A DNA stretch of 64,000 nucleotides from Pocillopora damicornis (Eukaryota). Of this stretch, positions 63,389 through 64,000 are shown piece by piece; position 1 is the first letter of the stretch; each line of letters opens with the position of its first letter. The stretch covers positions 930,001 through 994,000 of the forward strand of contig NW_020845812.1 in assembly GCF_003704095.1 (NCBI RefSeq). The letters are read 5' to 3'. The notes below the pieces were generated by a model that worked only from the letters and a program-made list of their open reading frames with translations, was not told the DNA's origin and searched no databases. A program made the position numbers and the translations under genes.

Positions 63389-64000
63389 GGAAAGACCCTA
63401 CATACTCGTAGAAGAAGGAGATGTCTTCCCTTACCTTACCTGCAATTATCGAGTAGTGTATGATGTATCAGGTGCCCGTGGTATTTGGCAAAAATGGGGA
63501 AAAGTCTTGGATATCACAAAAAATGTGATTTTTGCAGAGTTTTTCGGCATTTTTTCAGTGTTTTTGATCATCGAAGGGAATTCGTTAGATTAATGTATTA
63601 TGCATTGCAGCCTTTGAGATAAAATTTCTTCTTGGTTTAACATTCTTAATATCCTTTTAACTTTCATTTATTGTTTACCCACCATAAAAATAGAAACCAG
63701 TTTGGTTATAAAATGTGTGCTTGTTTTAATAGTAAAGCTGAAGTATTCTAATTTATGGTATTCGACGTACTCTTTTCCCTTCAACCATTTTCCCACGCCC
63801 AGAGTATTTCAATCCTCTACCGCAGAAAGAATGATTTGGTCTGCATTTAGTTTGATTGATTCGGGGTCCTTCATTAGAGGATATTTTCCTTTTATTGCCT
63901 TTTAGTTAGAAAGTGACTAAGTTTATTGCAGGATAAAGCCGAGAATGTTCTGATCGCATTTATATATTTTTTTGTTGTGTGTAAGAGTCAAGCTCTTTCC

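Noticed and set aside
1-64000. CRISPR arrays, rRNA, prokaryotic operons
   Set aside because: No repeat-spacer array or rRNA-like sequence was seen. Spliceosomal introns show the window is eukaryotic.

Overview
AT-rich animal genomic DNA from a fragmented scaffold with many 100-N gaps. The repeat families and gene content suggest a stony coral or other anthozoan (inference). Bases 1-29.7 kb hold a birth-and-death cluster of intronless class A GPCRs starting METWFW. Four copies are intact (3746-4663, 13659-14561, 25493-26329, 27994-28896) and about 11 are partial or pseudogenic, in three subtypes (A/B/C) and both orientations. They are interleaved with hAT, PIF/Harbinger, Penelope-like (with a hammerhead ribozyme), tRNA-derived SINE and MITE insertions. 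Some inverted copies flank gaps and may be haplotype artefacts. Downstream come a decayed TylF-like methyltransferase remnant, an intronless neuropeptide-type GPCR with a reciprocal N2.50/D7.49 swap (minus strand), a 4-exon TMEM72-like gene with a GC-AG first intron, a 6-exon CNOT6/6L deadenylase and a 17-coding-exon annexin A7/A11-like gene. Best leads: the receptor cluster has Arg rather than Asp at 3.32, plus conserved TM6 Arg and TM7 Lys, so it may bind anionic ligands; the GnRHR-like swap; and hammerhead-bearing retroelements. All family assignments come from motif recognition by eye, not database searches.
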